A stretch of DNA of 64,000 nt, taken from positions 156,080-220,079 of the forward strand of contig JBOFUV010000034.1 of NCBI GenBank assembly GCA_051652765.1, read 5' to 3'. A program made the position numbers and the translations under genes. The DNA is from Microcoleaceae cyanobacterium (GTDB taxonomy: Bacteria > Cyanobacteriota > Cyanobacteriia > Cyanobacteriales > Microcoleaceae). The notes under the pieces are model-generated. The model had not been told where the DNA came from. It did no database searches and saw only the letters and a program-made list of their open reading frames with translations. Below are positions 10,681 to 20,950 of this stretch, piece after piece (positions within the stretch are counted from its first letter, which is position 1; each line of letters starts with the position of its first letter).

Positions 10681-11070
10681 AGTGGTGATGGAGTACGTTA
10701 AGGGCTGGTCAACATGTTTTCTAGCAGTCTAGGAGAATTTCCAAGTCATATTAGGACTCCCTCTTGAGGCAGTCTGCTCTCTCTGAACGCTACCAATCGT
10801 TAGTCAAACACCCATGATGGACAACTCAAAACCGTTAAAATGCTATGACTTCAAAGCTCTACTTCTTCAAAAAAAGTGAGTTCAGCCAAGTTGCCATTTC
10901 GTGTAGATATTTAGCATTCCGCTTTTCTTGGCAAGACCCTGAGGTAACAACCCTGTCAGCAATACCGAGCCATAAAACTGCCCAGAAATGCAATGTGAAT
11001 TTGGGCTAGGGTGAAAGGATCAAGATTAAACAGAAGATGAACATTCTTAAATCCCTCTAATAATTATGTT

Positions 11071-12642
11071 ATGACGGAATTGATAGAGTTGGAAACCTCT
11101 TCCGTCAAAAATTTATCCGGAACTCCTGAACGTATGACCTTTAAACGTGCCAGCGGAATTTTGCTCCACCCCACTAGCTTCCCCAGTCAATTTGGAATTG
11201 GGGATTTGGGAAAGGCTGCTTACGAGTTTATTGATTTTCTAGAACAGAGTGGTCAAACCCTATGGCAAATTTTGCCCCTTGGCCCAACCGGATATGAACA
11301 CTCTCCGTACATTATGAATTTCAGCACTTTTGCTGGAAATCCCCTGTTAATTAGCTTGGAACAGTTAGTTGACGAAGGCTTACTAGATGCAGGCATCTTA
11401 ACGCCCTTGCCTCAAACTGAAGATATCATGGCTAACCGAGTCAACTTTGATCGGGTGATTCCCCACAAAACTCAGTTTTTAGAGCAAGCCTTTCAACAGT
11501 TTCAGGTCTCTTTACCCAATCCTGAGTTTGACACCTTCTGTCGGGACACCCGCTGGCTGAAAGATTATGCCCTGTTTATGGCGTTGCTAGAAGCCAATGA
11601 TGGCCAGTCCTGGAACTATTGGGAACCTGCCGTTGCCCGCCGCGAGCCCGATGCCTTGAGAGCCAAGACCGAGGAACTCAAAGATCGAGTGCTCTACCAC
11701 AAGTTCACTCAATTTAAGTTTTTCCAACAGTGGTCAACCCTGCGGAAGTACGCCAACAACAGAGGCATTCAAATTATTGGAGACATTTCCATCTACGTCT
11801 GCCACAACAGTTCCGATGTCTGGGCCCAACCGAACATTTTTCAACTTGACCCTGAAACTTTAGAATCCGCCTACATTGCTGGAGTTCCCCCAGACTATTT
11901 CAGTGCCACAGGGCAACTCTGGGGCAATCCTGTTTACAACTGGGATAAACTCCAGCAGACAAACTATGCCTGGTGGATTGAACGGTTCCGAGCAACCCTG
12001 GCCTATGCTGACCTAGTTCGGATTGACCATTTCCGAGGGTTTGAAGCCTATTGGCGGGTTCCGGCTGGGGAGAAAACTGCCATTAACGGGGAGTGGATTC
12101 TGGCTCCTGGAGCAGAATTTTTTGAAACCCTGTGTCAAGAGTTGGGGAGTTCCCCAGTCCTGGCTGAGGATTTAGGAATTATCACTCCGGAAGTCGAGGA
12201 ACTGCGCGATCGCTTTGGATTTCCTGGAATGCGAATTCTCCTATTTGCCTTTGGGGGAGCTGCAGACAACAGCTACTTACCCCATAACTTTGTCCAGAAT
12301 TGCGTAGTTTACACGGGAACCCATGATAACGACACCACTTTGGGATGGTGGCAGGAAAAAGCAACTCCAGCAGAAAAGCAGCACGTAGCTCAATACTTGG
12401 GCTATGACTCCCCAGAAGAAGTTTCTGAAATCAACTGGCAGTTAATCAGGCTGGCCCTGAGTTCAACAGCCAACCAAGCCATTATTCCGCTGCAAGATAT
12501 CTTGAGCTTAGATAATACCGCTCGGATGAACGACCCCAGCATTAACGCAGGGAACTGGCGTTGGCGTTATGAACAGTCTGAACTCTTGACCCAGGAACTC
12601 GGCAATCGGTTATTCAGCCTGACTCGACTCCATAACCGATAA
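11071..12642 (+). CDS. malQ: 4-alpha-glucanotransferase (amylomaltase, GH77)
   Basis: RASGILLHPTS, GVPPDYFSATGQLWGNP, RIDHFRGF, AEDLG, YTGTHDNDT; alternative start 11134. Confidence 0.96.
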   Translation: MTELIELETSSVKNLSGTPERMTFKRASGILLHPTSFPSQFGIGDLGKAAYEFIDFLEQSGQTLWQILPLGPTGYEHSPYIMNFSTFAGNPLLISLEQLVDEGLLDAGILTPLPQTEDIMANRVNFDRVIPHKTQFLEQAFQQFQVSLPNPEFDTFCRDTRWLKDYALFMALLEANDGQSWNYWEPAVARREPDALRAKTEELKDRVLYHKFTQFKFFQQWSTLRKYANNRGIQIIGDISIYVCHNSSDVWAQPNIFQLDPETLESAYIAGVPPDYFSATGQLWGNPVYNWDKLQQTNYAWWIERFRATLAYADLVRIDHFRGFEAYWRVPAGEKTAINGEWILAPGAEFFETLCQELGSSPVLAEDLGIITPEVEELRDRFGFPGMRILLFAFGGAADNSYLPHNFVQNCVVYTGTHDNDTTLGWWQEKATPAEKQHVAQYLGYDSPEEVSEINWQLIRLALSSTANQAIIPLQDILSLDNTARMNDPSINAGNWRWRYEQSELLTQELGNRLFSLTRLHNR

Positions 12643-12827
12643 TGAGTCAAACTGATAGTGAGTCAATCATGATCTGCAGGATTGTGGTGTGGGCCGCCTA
12701 TCTGCAAGCGAGAAACTTGCACCCTTTGACCGCGTTACCTAATCGAACAAAGCTGGGTTGAACATTAGATTCACCAATGTCGAGCTGGTTTGACTCACTG
12801 TGGCTGGAGCATGGGTTCGCTTGGGCG

Positions 12828-12868
12828 GTTGGCAGAGGAGAGATATCAGACTCTTTCCTCTGCTCAAC
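12828..12868. terminator. Hairpin downstream of malQ and of the small minus-strand ORF
   Basis: GTTGGCAGAGGAGAGA...TCTTTCCTCTGCTCAAC imperfect stem. Confidence 0.5.
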
Positions 12869-12970
12869 TAATCTCCCTAACCTACAGAAAGCCTAATTTT
12901 AAGACTCAACTTAGGCTGACACCGAAGTCCAAGCCGCACTCAAGGATTATCCTAGAGTGCTTGTCCCCAA

Positions 12971-13171
12971 TCATCCCAACAATTCTTTGCTGGTATCAAT
13001 GCTCTCCGTATTACCATCCTCATCAGTTCCGGTGTATTCGGCTATGATTCTCTCCGTTGGGCTAATTTGAACGGAAGAGAACCCTAGAAAATCTGCACTC
13101 GGATAAAAGGTAGGCAAAAGCGCAAAGCCTGATGAAAAAAACAGCCCAAGGATTAAAGATACCTGTTTCAT
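12971..13171 (-). CDS. Small putatively secreted protein (66 aa)
   Basis: ATG start, MK followed by hydrophobic signal-like segment, acidic C-terminus; only plausible ORF in an 880-bp gap. Confidence 0.5.
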   Translation of the reverse strand: MKQVSLILGLFFSSGFALLPTFYPSADFLGFSSVQISPTERIIAEYTGTDEDGNTESIDTSKELLG

Positions 13172-13521
13172 TTTAGTAAACCCTGTTTGATGAACCCTGA
13201 TCTTGAGAACTAATGATGCTTCGAAGGATCTCTAAAAGTGGATACTTAACAGTTACCCACTTGAACTTTTAAAAAACACTTGGTAGAATGCTGAGGGTCT
13301 CGCTTGAACTATAAATCAATCGAAGCAAAATCTAGATTTGTAGTCTAATTCTTGATCAAATGTGGCAATCTTGTGAAGCAGGTGTTAACCCATCAGGTAT
13401 CAAACCCCTCATCAATATTGCCTCCTGTGATGACAGTAAACTATCATGCCCTTCCTAGAGGGCAGGAAGGAAGTCTGACAGTTCAGGAATTGGCATAGTT
13501 TTGGTATGGATCACTAGCAAA

Positions 13522-14190
13522 ATGGCTATTTATTACGAAGTTCATCCTCATAACCCACAGGATCGCCTGATCAAACAAATCGTGGACTCTCTTCGGGATG
13601 GGGCGGTAATGCTCTATCCTACTGATACGGTGTATGCCATCGGATGCGACTTGAATGTCAAGCCAGCCCTAGAACGGGTGCGGCAAATCAAACAACTGGC
13701 GAATGATAAGCCCTTAACTTTTTTGTGTTCATCCCTGTCCAATATTGCCCACTATGCAGTGGTGAGCGATTCTGCCTATCGCATCATCAAACGCTTAGTT
13801 CCTGGTAGCTATACTTTCTTGCTGCCTGCCACTAAGCTGGTTCCCCGACTAGTCATGGCTCCAAAGCGCAAAACGACGGGAATTCGAGTTCCCAATCATC
13901 AGGTTTGTCTCTCTTTAATTGAAGCGTTGGGCAATCCAGTGATTTCCACCTCGGCTCATGTTGCCAATGAACAAGAGGAACAAGCTCTTACTAGTGCGCC
14001 TATTTCCGGAGATATCGGCAAGGCAGAACTGTTTGATTCCCTTGGAAAACTAGTGGATATCATTATTGACGATACCTCTGACCTGGGATATCAAGTTTCT
14101 ACCATTATTGATCTAACCGAGCCTAATCCTGTCTTAGTTCGTCAAGGGAAAGGCTGGGAAGCTGTTGCTGACTGGCTGACAGAGTCCTAG
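13522..14190 (+). CDS. Sua5/YciO/YrdC-family protein (threonylcarbamoyl-AMP synthase-like)
   Basis: YPTDTVYAIGCD, KRKTTGIRVP, STSA, STIIDL. Confidence 0.9.
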   Translation: MAIYYEVHPHNPQDRLIKQIVDSLRDGAVMLYPTDTVYAIGCDLNVKPALERVRQIKQLANDKPLTFLCSSLSNIAHYAVVSDSAYRIIKRLVPGSYTFLLPATKLVPRLVMAPKRKTTGIRVPNHQVCLSLIEALGNPVISTSAHVANEQEEQALTSAPISGDIGKAELFDSLGKLVDIIIDDTSDLGYQVSTIIDLTEPNPVLVRQGKGWEAVADWLTES

Positions 14191-14286
14191 AAATTAGACT
14201 TATTCGTTTCAACAGATTTGTTTCAACCGAGAATAAATCAGGGGGGTTGGGCTGACAGCAGTAGCAAATTCAACCGAGTTTTGAGG

Positions 14287-15015
14287 CTACTGGGTCAGCC
14301 CATTTTCTAAGGCGTAGCGAACAAGTTCGGTTCGACTGTTCGTCCCGGTTTTTGTAAACAAGCGACTGACGTACTTTTCCACATTCCGAACACTGGTCTC
14401 TAGGCGACTGGCAATCTCTTTATTCATCAGTCCCTGAGCGACTAGATCTAAGACACTTTGCTCTCGGGGAGTCAGATCAATCTGAATCGGAGACCGATTC
14501 TGCTGAATCCCAACCCGCCCTTGCAGCATATTTTCAATCCGGGCAATTTGCTTTTCTAGGGTTGCTAAATCCGATGTGCCTGAGTTTTCCTGGGAAACGG
14601 TTCGACGCTCCAAGAGATTCCTCACAACTACTACCAGTTCTTCGGGGTCAAAAGGCTTGGGAATATAGGCATCACACCCTGCTCGATACCCCTGAATTCG
14701 ATCAGTCGTCATCCCTTTGGCAGTCAGAAATACCACAGGCAGAGCTTTAAATCGAGGATCTTCCCGCACTTGCTTGAGAAATTGATAGCCATCAACCCCC
14801 GGCATCATCACGTCTGTAATCACTAAATCTGGCAAAGTTTGTTGCAGCACTTCCCATCCTTCCTGGGCATTGCTGGCAACATCAACGATAAAACTGCTTT
14901 CTTCCAAGTAGGCTTGAACCGCTTCTCGAAGTCCAGGTTCATCATCGACCAATAAAAGCCGTGCTGGAGGAACTGAAATATCTTGCAATTCAATGCCTTG
15001 AGTCGGATTAGGCAT
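14287..15015 (-). CDS. ycf29: NarL/LuxR-family response regulator (Ycf29/Rre1)
   Basis: REC domain (VDD, D-VMMP, KPF) plus LTPRE..GLMNKEIA..SVRNVEKYVSRLF..TNSRTELVR. Confidence 0.85.
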   Translation of the reverse strand: MPNPTQGIELQDISVPPARLLLVDDEPGLREAVQAYLEESSFIVDVASNAQEGWEVLQQTLPDLVITDVMMPGVDGYQFLKQVREDPRFKALPVVFLTAKGMTTDRIQGYRAGCDAYIPKPFDPEELVVVVRNLLERRTVSQENSGTSDLATLEKQIARIENMLQGRVGIQQNRSPIQIDLTPREQSVLDLVAQGLMNKEIASRLETSVRNVEKYVSRLFTKTGTNSRTELVRYALENGLTQ

Positions 15016-15155
15016 AGGCTTTCCCTCGATGAGTCATTGATCTCAGTCTAACGAGATCAGTGACTAAAATGTATCCCTAAAAATAGGCGGTTTTCAGAAA
15101 CAGCCCTACACTTGACAATTTCAGCTAAAAATCCTCAGCCAGGTTCACTGACCCA

Positions 15156-15497
15156 TTAAGACTCTGATGAGGAAGAGTTACGGTCAATCAAAGCTTGAAT
15201 TAACAGTTTAATCCCCAACAAAACTAAACCCAAGGCAATGAATCCAAACACGGCTGTGCCCATCATGCACAATCCTACAACTACAGTCTTGACGGCAACA
15301 GACATCCGAATTGCGACAGCGTTGTCAGAATAAACCGGTTTATGAGCATAAACTTCTATGACTGATCGGGTGAGAAAATAAAGAGCCGTGGCGATCGCCC
15401 CTAAAACGACCCCATTACTAAAACAGTTAAACGGGGTCAGGGTTGAGTTAGGAACTTTCCCTTGAGAAACATCGGATTTAGAATTTGAAGGAGTCAT
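15156..15497 (-). CDS. DUF3082-family membrane protein
   Basis: Two TM helices; usual position downstream of ispE in cyanobacteria. Confidence 0.7.
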   Translation of the reverse strand: MTPSNSKSDVSQGKVPNSTLTPFNCFSNGVVLGAIATALYFLTRSVIEVYAHKPVYSDNAVAIRMSVAVKTVVVGLCMMGTAVFGFIALGLVLLGIKLLIQALIDRNSSSSES

Positions 15498-15622
15498 CAG
15501 ATTTTAACCTCAAGCGATCCGTTTTACGATTCAATTCAGGATTGAACTTTGCAGGCGAGCTTTGACAACGCCTTGTTACTAACCCATCCAGTTTTTGCTC
15601 AGCTTGCCCTTGCCAAGCCTGT

Positions 15623-16567
15623 CTAAATCAGACTGACTCCATTGGGCACAAACTGAGCCATCCAGAAGTCTAACTGGGGATCAGGCATTTGACTCTGAAC
15701 GGCTTTCATGACCTGCGCTGCTCGTTCCTGAGAGTCGATCAAGGCAAACACCGTTGGCCCAGAACCCGACATCATGGCCCCTAATACCCCCGGTTGATCG
15801 GCAAAGGCTTGTCGGAGCTGCTGAATCTGTGGATATTCAGGCAGGGCCACCTTTTCCAGATCATTGTGCAATCGTTGCCCAATTTGTTCGTTGTCCCGAT
15901 GCATAATCGCGGCAACCATTGGCCCAGAATGGACTCGTTCCTGACGATGTTGCAAATCCTGGGTTGCAGAAACGTAGGTATGACTGAACTGTTGTCGATA
16001 GGTTTTGTACGCCCAAGGGGTAGAAATCGCCAGATCGCGATATTTGGCCAGGATCACGTAGAGATGATCTAGGTTGAGCAAGGGAGACAGCATCTCTCCT
16101 CGACCCGTGGACAAGACTGTGCCGCCTTCCAAGCAAAAGGGCACATCAGACCCAATTTGAGCGCCGAGTTCCTGCAATTCACCCTGGGTAAGACCCAACT
16201 GCCAGAGCAAATCAAGGCCCACAAGTACGGCTGCCGCATCAGTAGAACCGCCCGCCAATCCAGCCGCAATCGGAATATTTTTCTGAATTTTGATTTCAAC
16301 GCCACCATATTGGGCGATCGCGCTGGGAAATTCCTCTGCGATCAAAGCCGCTGCTCGATAGGCCAAATTACTGCGATCATTGGGAACTTCAGGATGATTA
16401 CACTTCACACTAATCGCATCAATTTCAATGCCATGAATCTCAATCTTGTCCGCCAAACTAATACTTTGCAATACCATGGCAAGTTCATGATAACCATCGG
16501 GGCGATCGCCAATAATTTCTAAATATAAATTAATTTTAGCTGGAGCGATTAAAGAGTAAGAGCGCAT
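15623..16567 (-). CDS. ispE: 4-diphosphocytidyl-2-C-methyl-D-erythritol kinase
   Basis: APAKINLYL, PIAAGLAGGSTDAA, GSDVPF, MSGSGPT. Confidence 0.96.
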   Translation of the reverse strand: MRSYSLIAPAKINLYLEIIGDRPDGYHELAMVLQSISLADKIEIHGIEIDAISVKCNHPEVPNDRSNLAYRAAALIAEEFPSAIAQYGGVEIKIQKNIPIAAGLAGGSTDAAAVLVGLDLLWQLGLTQGELQELGAQIGSDVPFCLEGGTVLSTGRGEMLSPLLNLDHLYVILAKYRDLAISTPWAYKTYRQQFSHTYVSATQDLQHRQERVHSGPMVAAIMHRDNEQIGQRLHNDLEKVALPEYPQIQQLRQAFADQPGVLGAMMSGSGPTVFALIDSQERAAQVMKAVQSQMPDPQLDFWMAQFVPNGVSLI

Positions 16568-16570
16568 ATT

Positions 16571-16682
16571 TCTAGGAGTTACTGTTTAAGAGGTACTGTC
16601 TAAGAATTACTGTTTAAGAGGTACTGTCTAAGAGCGAGTTTCTCCAAGAGTTACCTTCTCTAAGAGTTACTTTCTCTAAGAG
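16571..16682. repeat. Degenerate ~14-bp tandem repeat (TAAGAG-T/GTACTGTC-like) filling the rsmA-ispE spacer
   Basis: About 7 imperfect copies seen; the last overlaps the rsmA stop. Confidence 0.8.
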
Positions 16683-17509
16683 TGAGTTCTGGATGTTTGG
16701 GCTAACCGATCACTGAGCCCAACCCATTGTTCAACCCCTAAATCTTCAGCCCGAGCTTGAGGATTAACAGTTAATTGTTCCAGAATTTGGGTCAAATCTT
16801 CCGGTTCTATTATACTTTTTAAATTATTTCGCAACATTTTACGCTTACTGGCAAAGCCTAACTTTACTAATGTTTCCAAGTGTTGGGGAGACTGAACCGC
16901 CGGATCAAAAGCCCGAGGTCGCAAGCGAATCACAGCGGAGTCAACTTTTGGAGGCGGATAAAAATACTGTGCTGGCACTTCGCAGATCAGTTCGCATTCT
17001 GCCAAATACTGAACTCGCACAGACAAGGCTCCAAAGGCTCTAGAACCGGGATGAGCAGCCAACCGCTGGGCAACTTCTTTTTGCACTAAAAGCACAATCA
17101 ACTCGAAAGGAGTCTTCAGCGGATCAGCGATTGTGCCCAACAGCTTTTCTAAGATTGGGCCAGTAATATTGTAGGGAATATTTGCAACTACCTTATTCAA
17201 GGTTTGAAACCGAGGAAAGTTAACCAATTGAGCCTCGACATCCAAGGTCAAAATGTCTCCTTGAAGCAGCAAAAAATTCTCGACTTTACCCAAGGTTTTC
17301 GTTAATCCTTGACATAAATCTCGATCAATTTCAACAGCGACGACAGATTGAACTGCAGGCAACAAACGAGTGGTTAACACCCCTGTTCCAGGCCCAATTT
17401 CTAACACGCGATCGCCCAAATTCAGCTGAGCCGCAGTGATAATTTGGTTCAAAGCAGTCGGATTACGGAGCCAATGCTGAGCAAATTGTTTCCGAGGATA
17501 GGGAGGCAT
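16676..17509 (-). CDS. rsmA: 16S rRNA dimethyladenosine transferase
   Basis: RKQFAQHWL, EIGPGTG, VANIPYNIT, PPPKVDS, KRKMLRNNL. Confidence 0.96.
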   Translation of the reverse strand: MPPYPRKQFAQHWLRNPTALNQIITAAQLNLGDRVLEIGPGTGVLTTRLLPAVQSVVAVEIDRDLCQGLTKTLGKVENFLLLQGDILTLDVEAQLVNFPRFQTLNKVVANIPYNITGPILEKLLGTIADPLKTPFELIVLLVQKEVAQRLAAHPGSRAFGALSVRVQYLAECELICEVPAQYFYPPPKVDSAVIRLRPRAFDPAVQSPQHLETLVKLGFASKRKMLRNNLKSIIEPEDLTQILEQLTVNPQARAEDLGVEQWVGLSDRLAQTSRTHS

Positions 17510-17546
17510 TCTAAATCTATAAGTCTACAAATCTCTAACGTTAATT

Positions 17547-20063
17547 CTAACGATCCAGACAATACTCTAAACTTACGAGCGCATAGGGAAAGGCATAAGA
17601 AAACCAGCGAGTCCACACATATTCTGCCTCATCACTATTAATAAATGCATCCACCATTCTGCGCCATCCTGGATCACCTGCAGGTAAAATTAGCCCATAA
17701 AAATCACAGGTCAATGGATCTTCTGGGACTAAAGTATAGTTCTCAATCGGCAACTTCTGCCTAAACAGCTCACCGATGGTTAAAACACCATCATTTGCAA
17801 AAGTATCAATTTCATTATTAACGACAGCATCTACCCCCGCAGTAATTGCATTTCCGCCTCGAAAATAAACCTTTGTAGTTTCCGGATATTTTTGGCGCAG
17901 AAATTCCTCCGTTGGTGTATTTCTAATCACTCCAGTGGTCACCCCTGATAAATCTCCATTGGGATTGATCCGAGTTTCATTAATAATTTTAGTGAGAAAT
18001 TGTGCTCCAGTAATGAAAAATGGTTGTGAAAAAGCAACACCTGAAATATTTCGCTGAATCGGGTTGGGGCCACACTCGAGTTGAACGGTTCTACTTCTGA
18101 CGAGTGGATAGCGAGTATCAACTGTTGAGGGGAAAATCACCAATTCAATTTCAACTGGAACATTAAGTTTCTGGGTTAAATAATCTCGAAAAGAATCAAT
18201 TAATTCCGTGCAGTAGCCTTGAAGCTGTTGTTCCTGATCCAAATACCCAAATGGTACAGCATCTCGCCGAATTGCAACTTTTAAAACCCCTGTTTTCTGA
18301 ATCTCATCTAGTACACTTTGTTGAGGAACTTGAGGAATAGTGACAACAGAGCTTGGGAGTGTAATGGGAAGAGGAGAAGGTTTTCCGTAGGCGGCTTCCA
18401 ATTGTTCAAGGGTTAAAGAACGGATCAAACTGACTTCTAGACCGGGCTGGCTGAGAGATTGATTGTAAGAAGCAGAGAGATAGGGCAAATAATTTTTATC
18501 TCCCCGAAGATAGGCGTTAAAAAAGGCCACGCTCAACCCAAAGAAATAGGGACGACCTAAATCGTAATTATCCCCAATAATCACTTTGGGTACTGACTCA
18601 ATCCCTTCGGTATCTGACTGAATGCTTGCAGTAAAGTGAGTGCCGGGATGTAACAGTGAAAAATACTTTTCGGGGACTTTCAATTCAATAAATGCATTGA
18701 CTTGTTCTTGAATCATTGGAGTGACAATATCTTGACTCCCTGCAACAATCAGAGTAGGAATTTGAACCTGACTCATTCCTTCTGCACCAAAGATAGCACT
18801 GGTTAAAGGATGGGCAGCGATCGCCACTTTAATTCGAGGATCGCGTAAATCGTAATCGATTTGGGGCAAGTAGACAGCTCGACATTGCAAAAGCAGGGAA
18901 ACATTTAACGTAAAATTATCAGGGCGGCAGATTTGAGCGAGCTGTTCTGGAATGATTTTTGCTCCTGCTAATGTTAGTGCTGTGGTCGCGCCAAAAGAGT
19001 TTCCGACTACACCAATTTGGTCTAAATTGATGCGATTCATTAATTCTGGATCAGTCTTAGCCAATTGTTCTAGCCGATCAATAAATCGGGAAATATCTAA
19101 AGGACGGCTCACATATTCAATCGGGCTTAATAATGAGTCTACGTTTCCCCGCAAGAAAGATTGACGATAGCCTAAATTGCTACCAATATGTTCTGGAATG
19201 GCAACTGCAAATCCATGGGATGCCAAATGTTGAGCTTGATTGTTATTTCCGCGATAGGCTCCAAACCCATGACTAGAAATTACTAATGGGGAAGGTTTGT
19301 CCAAGCCTTCGGGTAGAAAAATATCGACATCAAGCTGATAGGAACCTGTTAATCCTGTACCTGCCTGACGCAGATCTGAAATTGTAAAACTGATCGTTTG
19401 TTTAGTGAATTGATAGGGGCCTCTTTCTTGCAAACTAGGCAGTTGAGAAGAACTTATTTTAGGTTCTGTTGCCGCCTGTCGTTTAGCCTCTGCTTGGATT
19501 TCTGCTATGACGACAGTTCTATAGTCAAGTAAGGCTGGAATTTCTTGAGCGGCTTGAGCCAGTAAACGCCCATCAATCCGAATCGTTTGAGCTGGAAATT
19601 GCCGAATCACATTAATCAAGCTAAATCCTTCGGCATCAGCAGCGGCAGCCACTAAAGCAGCTCGAATTGCCTCGGAACCATTGACATCCACATCAGTTTG
19701 GATGAGCTGACCAATCCGACGCATGACCACCTTACCGATTGGCATATTAACGACGCGGCTGACGATTTCTGGAGGAAAGTCAAAGCGTTTCTGAAAGGCT
19801 TGACGTAACTGAGCTAGGGTCTGTTGATCCACAAACTGAGAGTATGCCCCAAATTCACGGGTAATCTTGCCTTGCTCAACAAAGGTTTCTAGGGCATCAA
19901 CGGACATATAAATTTCAGCAGGGGGGTAGGATAAAACAATTTTTTCTGCTCCAAAAACGGGCCTTTTATCCGATACAATACACAGAGAAATTAGACTAAC
20001 GAATAAGCTCATTGAGACTAATTTGATTTGTCTGCTTAACCCAAGCTGAGATAAGAAATTCAT
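17547..20063 (-). CDS. DUF1400 + alpha/beta hydrolase fused to a C-terminal family-3 solute-binding domain
   Basis: AEKIVLSY DUF1400 start; SHGFG, GNSFG nucleophile, GTHF; C-terminal VLDEIQKTGVLKVAIRRDAVPFGY..FSQPFFITG. Confidence 0.8.
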   Translation of the reverse strand: MNFLSQLGLSRQIKLVSMSLFVSLISLCIVSDKRPVFGAEKIVLSYPPAEIYMSVDALETFVEQGKITREFGAYSQFVDQQTLAQLRQAFQKRFDFPPEIVSRVVNMPIGKVVMRRIGQLIQTDVDVNGSEAIRAALVAAAADAEGFSLINVIRQFPAQTIRIDGRLLAQAAQEIPALLDYRTVVIAEIQAEAKRQAATEPKISSSQLPSLQERGPYQFTKQTISFTISDLRQAGTGLTGSYQLDVDIFLPEGLDKPSPLVISSHGFGAYRGNNNQAQHLASHGFAVAIPEHIGSNLGYRQSFLRGNVDSLLSPIEYVSRPLDISRFIDRLEQLAKTDPELMNRINLDQIGVVGNSFGATTALTLAGAKIIPEQLAQICRPDNFTLNVSLLLQCRAVYLPQIDYDLRDPRIKVAIAAHPLTSAIFGAEGMSQVQIPTLIVAGSQDIVTPMIQEQVNAFIELKVPEKYFSLLHPGTHFTASIQSDTEGIESVPKVIIGDNYDLGRPYFFGLSVAFFNAYLRGDKNYLPYLSASYNQSLSQPGLEVSLIRSLTLEQLEAAYGKPSPLPITLPSSVVTIPQVPQQSVLDEIQKTGVLKVAIRRDAVPFGYLDQEQQLQGYCTELIDSFRDYLTQKLNVPVEIELVIFPSTVDTRYPLVRSRTVQLECGPNPIQRNISGVAFSQPFFITGAQFLTKIINETRINPNGDLSGVTTGVIRNTPTEEFLRQKYPETTKVYFRGGNAITAGVDAVVNNEIDTFANDGVLTIGELFRQKLPIENYTLVPEDPLTCDFYGLILPAGDPGWRRMVDAFINSDEAEYVWTRWFSYAFPYALVSLEYCLDR

Positions 20064-20303
20064 AACAGGATGCCCCAGACTTAATTCTCGATTATTTGAT
20101 TGCCTGTTGAAAGATCTTCATGCCTTTCTGCATGAACTTTAACATGAAAGTTCTACTTTTCTTGACATGACTTAAAAGTCTTCTCACTGGGTCAGGATTG
20201 GATTTGTCAAGGTTTAACAATGTGTCAGACAGAGTTAAACCTTGGCAATTTAGCTTAAAAATTGATCTATGATTAGAACGACTCTGTAAGAATTCCTGTT
20301 CTT

Positions 20304-20831
20304 TTGAAACATAAGCAACCTCAATCTTTAGAAACGATTATTGGCTGGCGCGAGTGGGTTGCCTTGCCGGAGTTGGGAATCACGGCTATTAAAGCCAAAA
20401 TTGACACTGGGGCAAGGTCATCTGCCATTCATGCGTTTCATGTAGAGCCATTTTCTAGAAATAATCAGCATTGGGTGCGGTTTATGATGCACCCCATTCA
20501 ACGAGATGCCCATCATACCGTAGCAGCAGAAGCGAAGGTTGTGGATGAAAGATACGTTCGGAACTCTGGCGGACATTCTGAGTTGAGAATTGTGATTTTG
20601 ACAACAGCAGAACTCCTAGGACATCGATGGCCAATTGAATTAACGTTAACAAACCGCGATGTGATGGGCTTTCGTATGTTACTGGGGCGAGCAGCGGTGC
20701 GAAGACGGTTTTTGGTTGATTCTAGCAAGTCTTACTTGCTCAGTCATAAGCCAAATCGTCAAGGTTTAGAATCCAATGTCTTAGAATCCAATGTTGCCGA
20801 AGAATCAATTAGGATGATGAATATGAATTGA
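20304..20831 (+). CDS. RimK-associated putative ATP-dependent zinc protease / retropepsin-like protein
   Basis: IGWREWV, KAKIDTGARSS, LTNRDVMGFRMLLGR. Confidence 0.85.
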   Translation: MKHKQPQSLETIIGWREWVALPELGITAIKAKIDTGARSSAIHAFHVEPFSRNNQHWVRFMMHPIQRDAHHTVAAEAKVVDERYVRNSGGHSELRIVILTTAELLGHRWPIELTLTNRDVMGFRMLLGRAAVRRRFLVDSSKSYLLSHKPNRQGLESNVLESNVAEESIRMMNMN

Positions 20832-20950
20832 CCTCAGTTCGGGTTGGGCCGATTGAGGAAAAGCAAAATCCAGATTGAGCGCGGATCTCGTTCCGAACTT
20901 AGATCATTATTTAGTTATGATTGAACTGATTACTGCCCTGAAGGGTCGAT

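Noticed and set aside
16571..16682. CRISPR array at this or other repeat tracts
   Set aside because: Units are ~14 bp, directly tandem, with no unique spacers; no cas genes in the window
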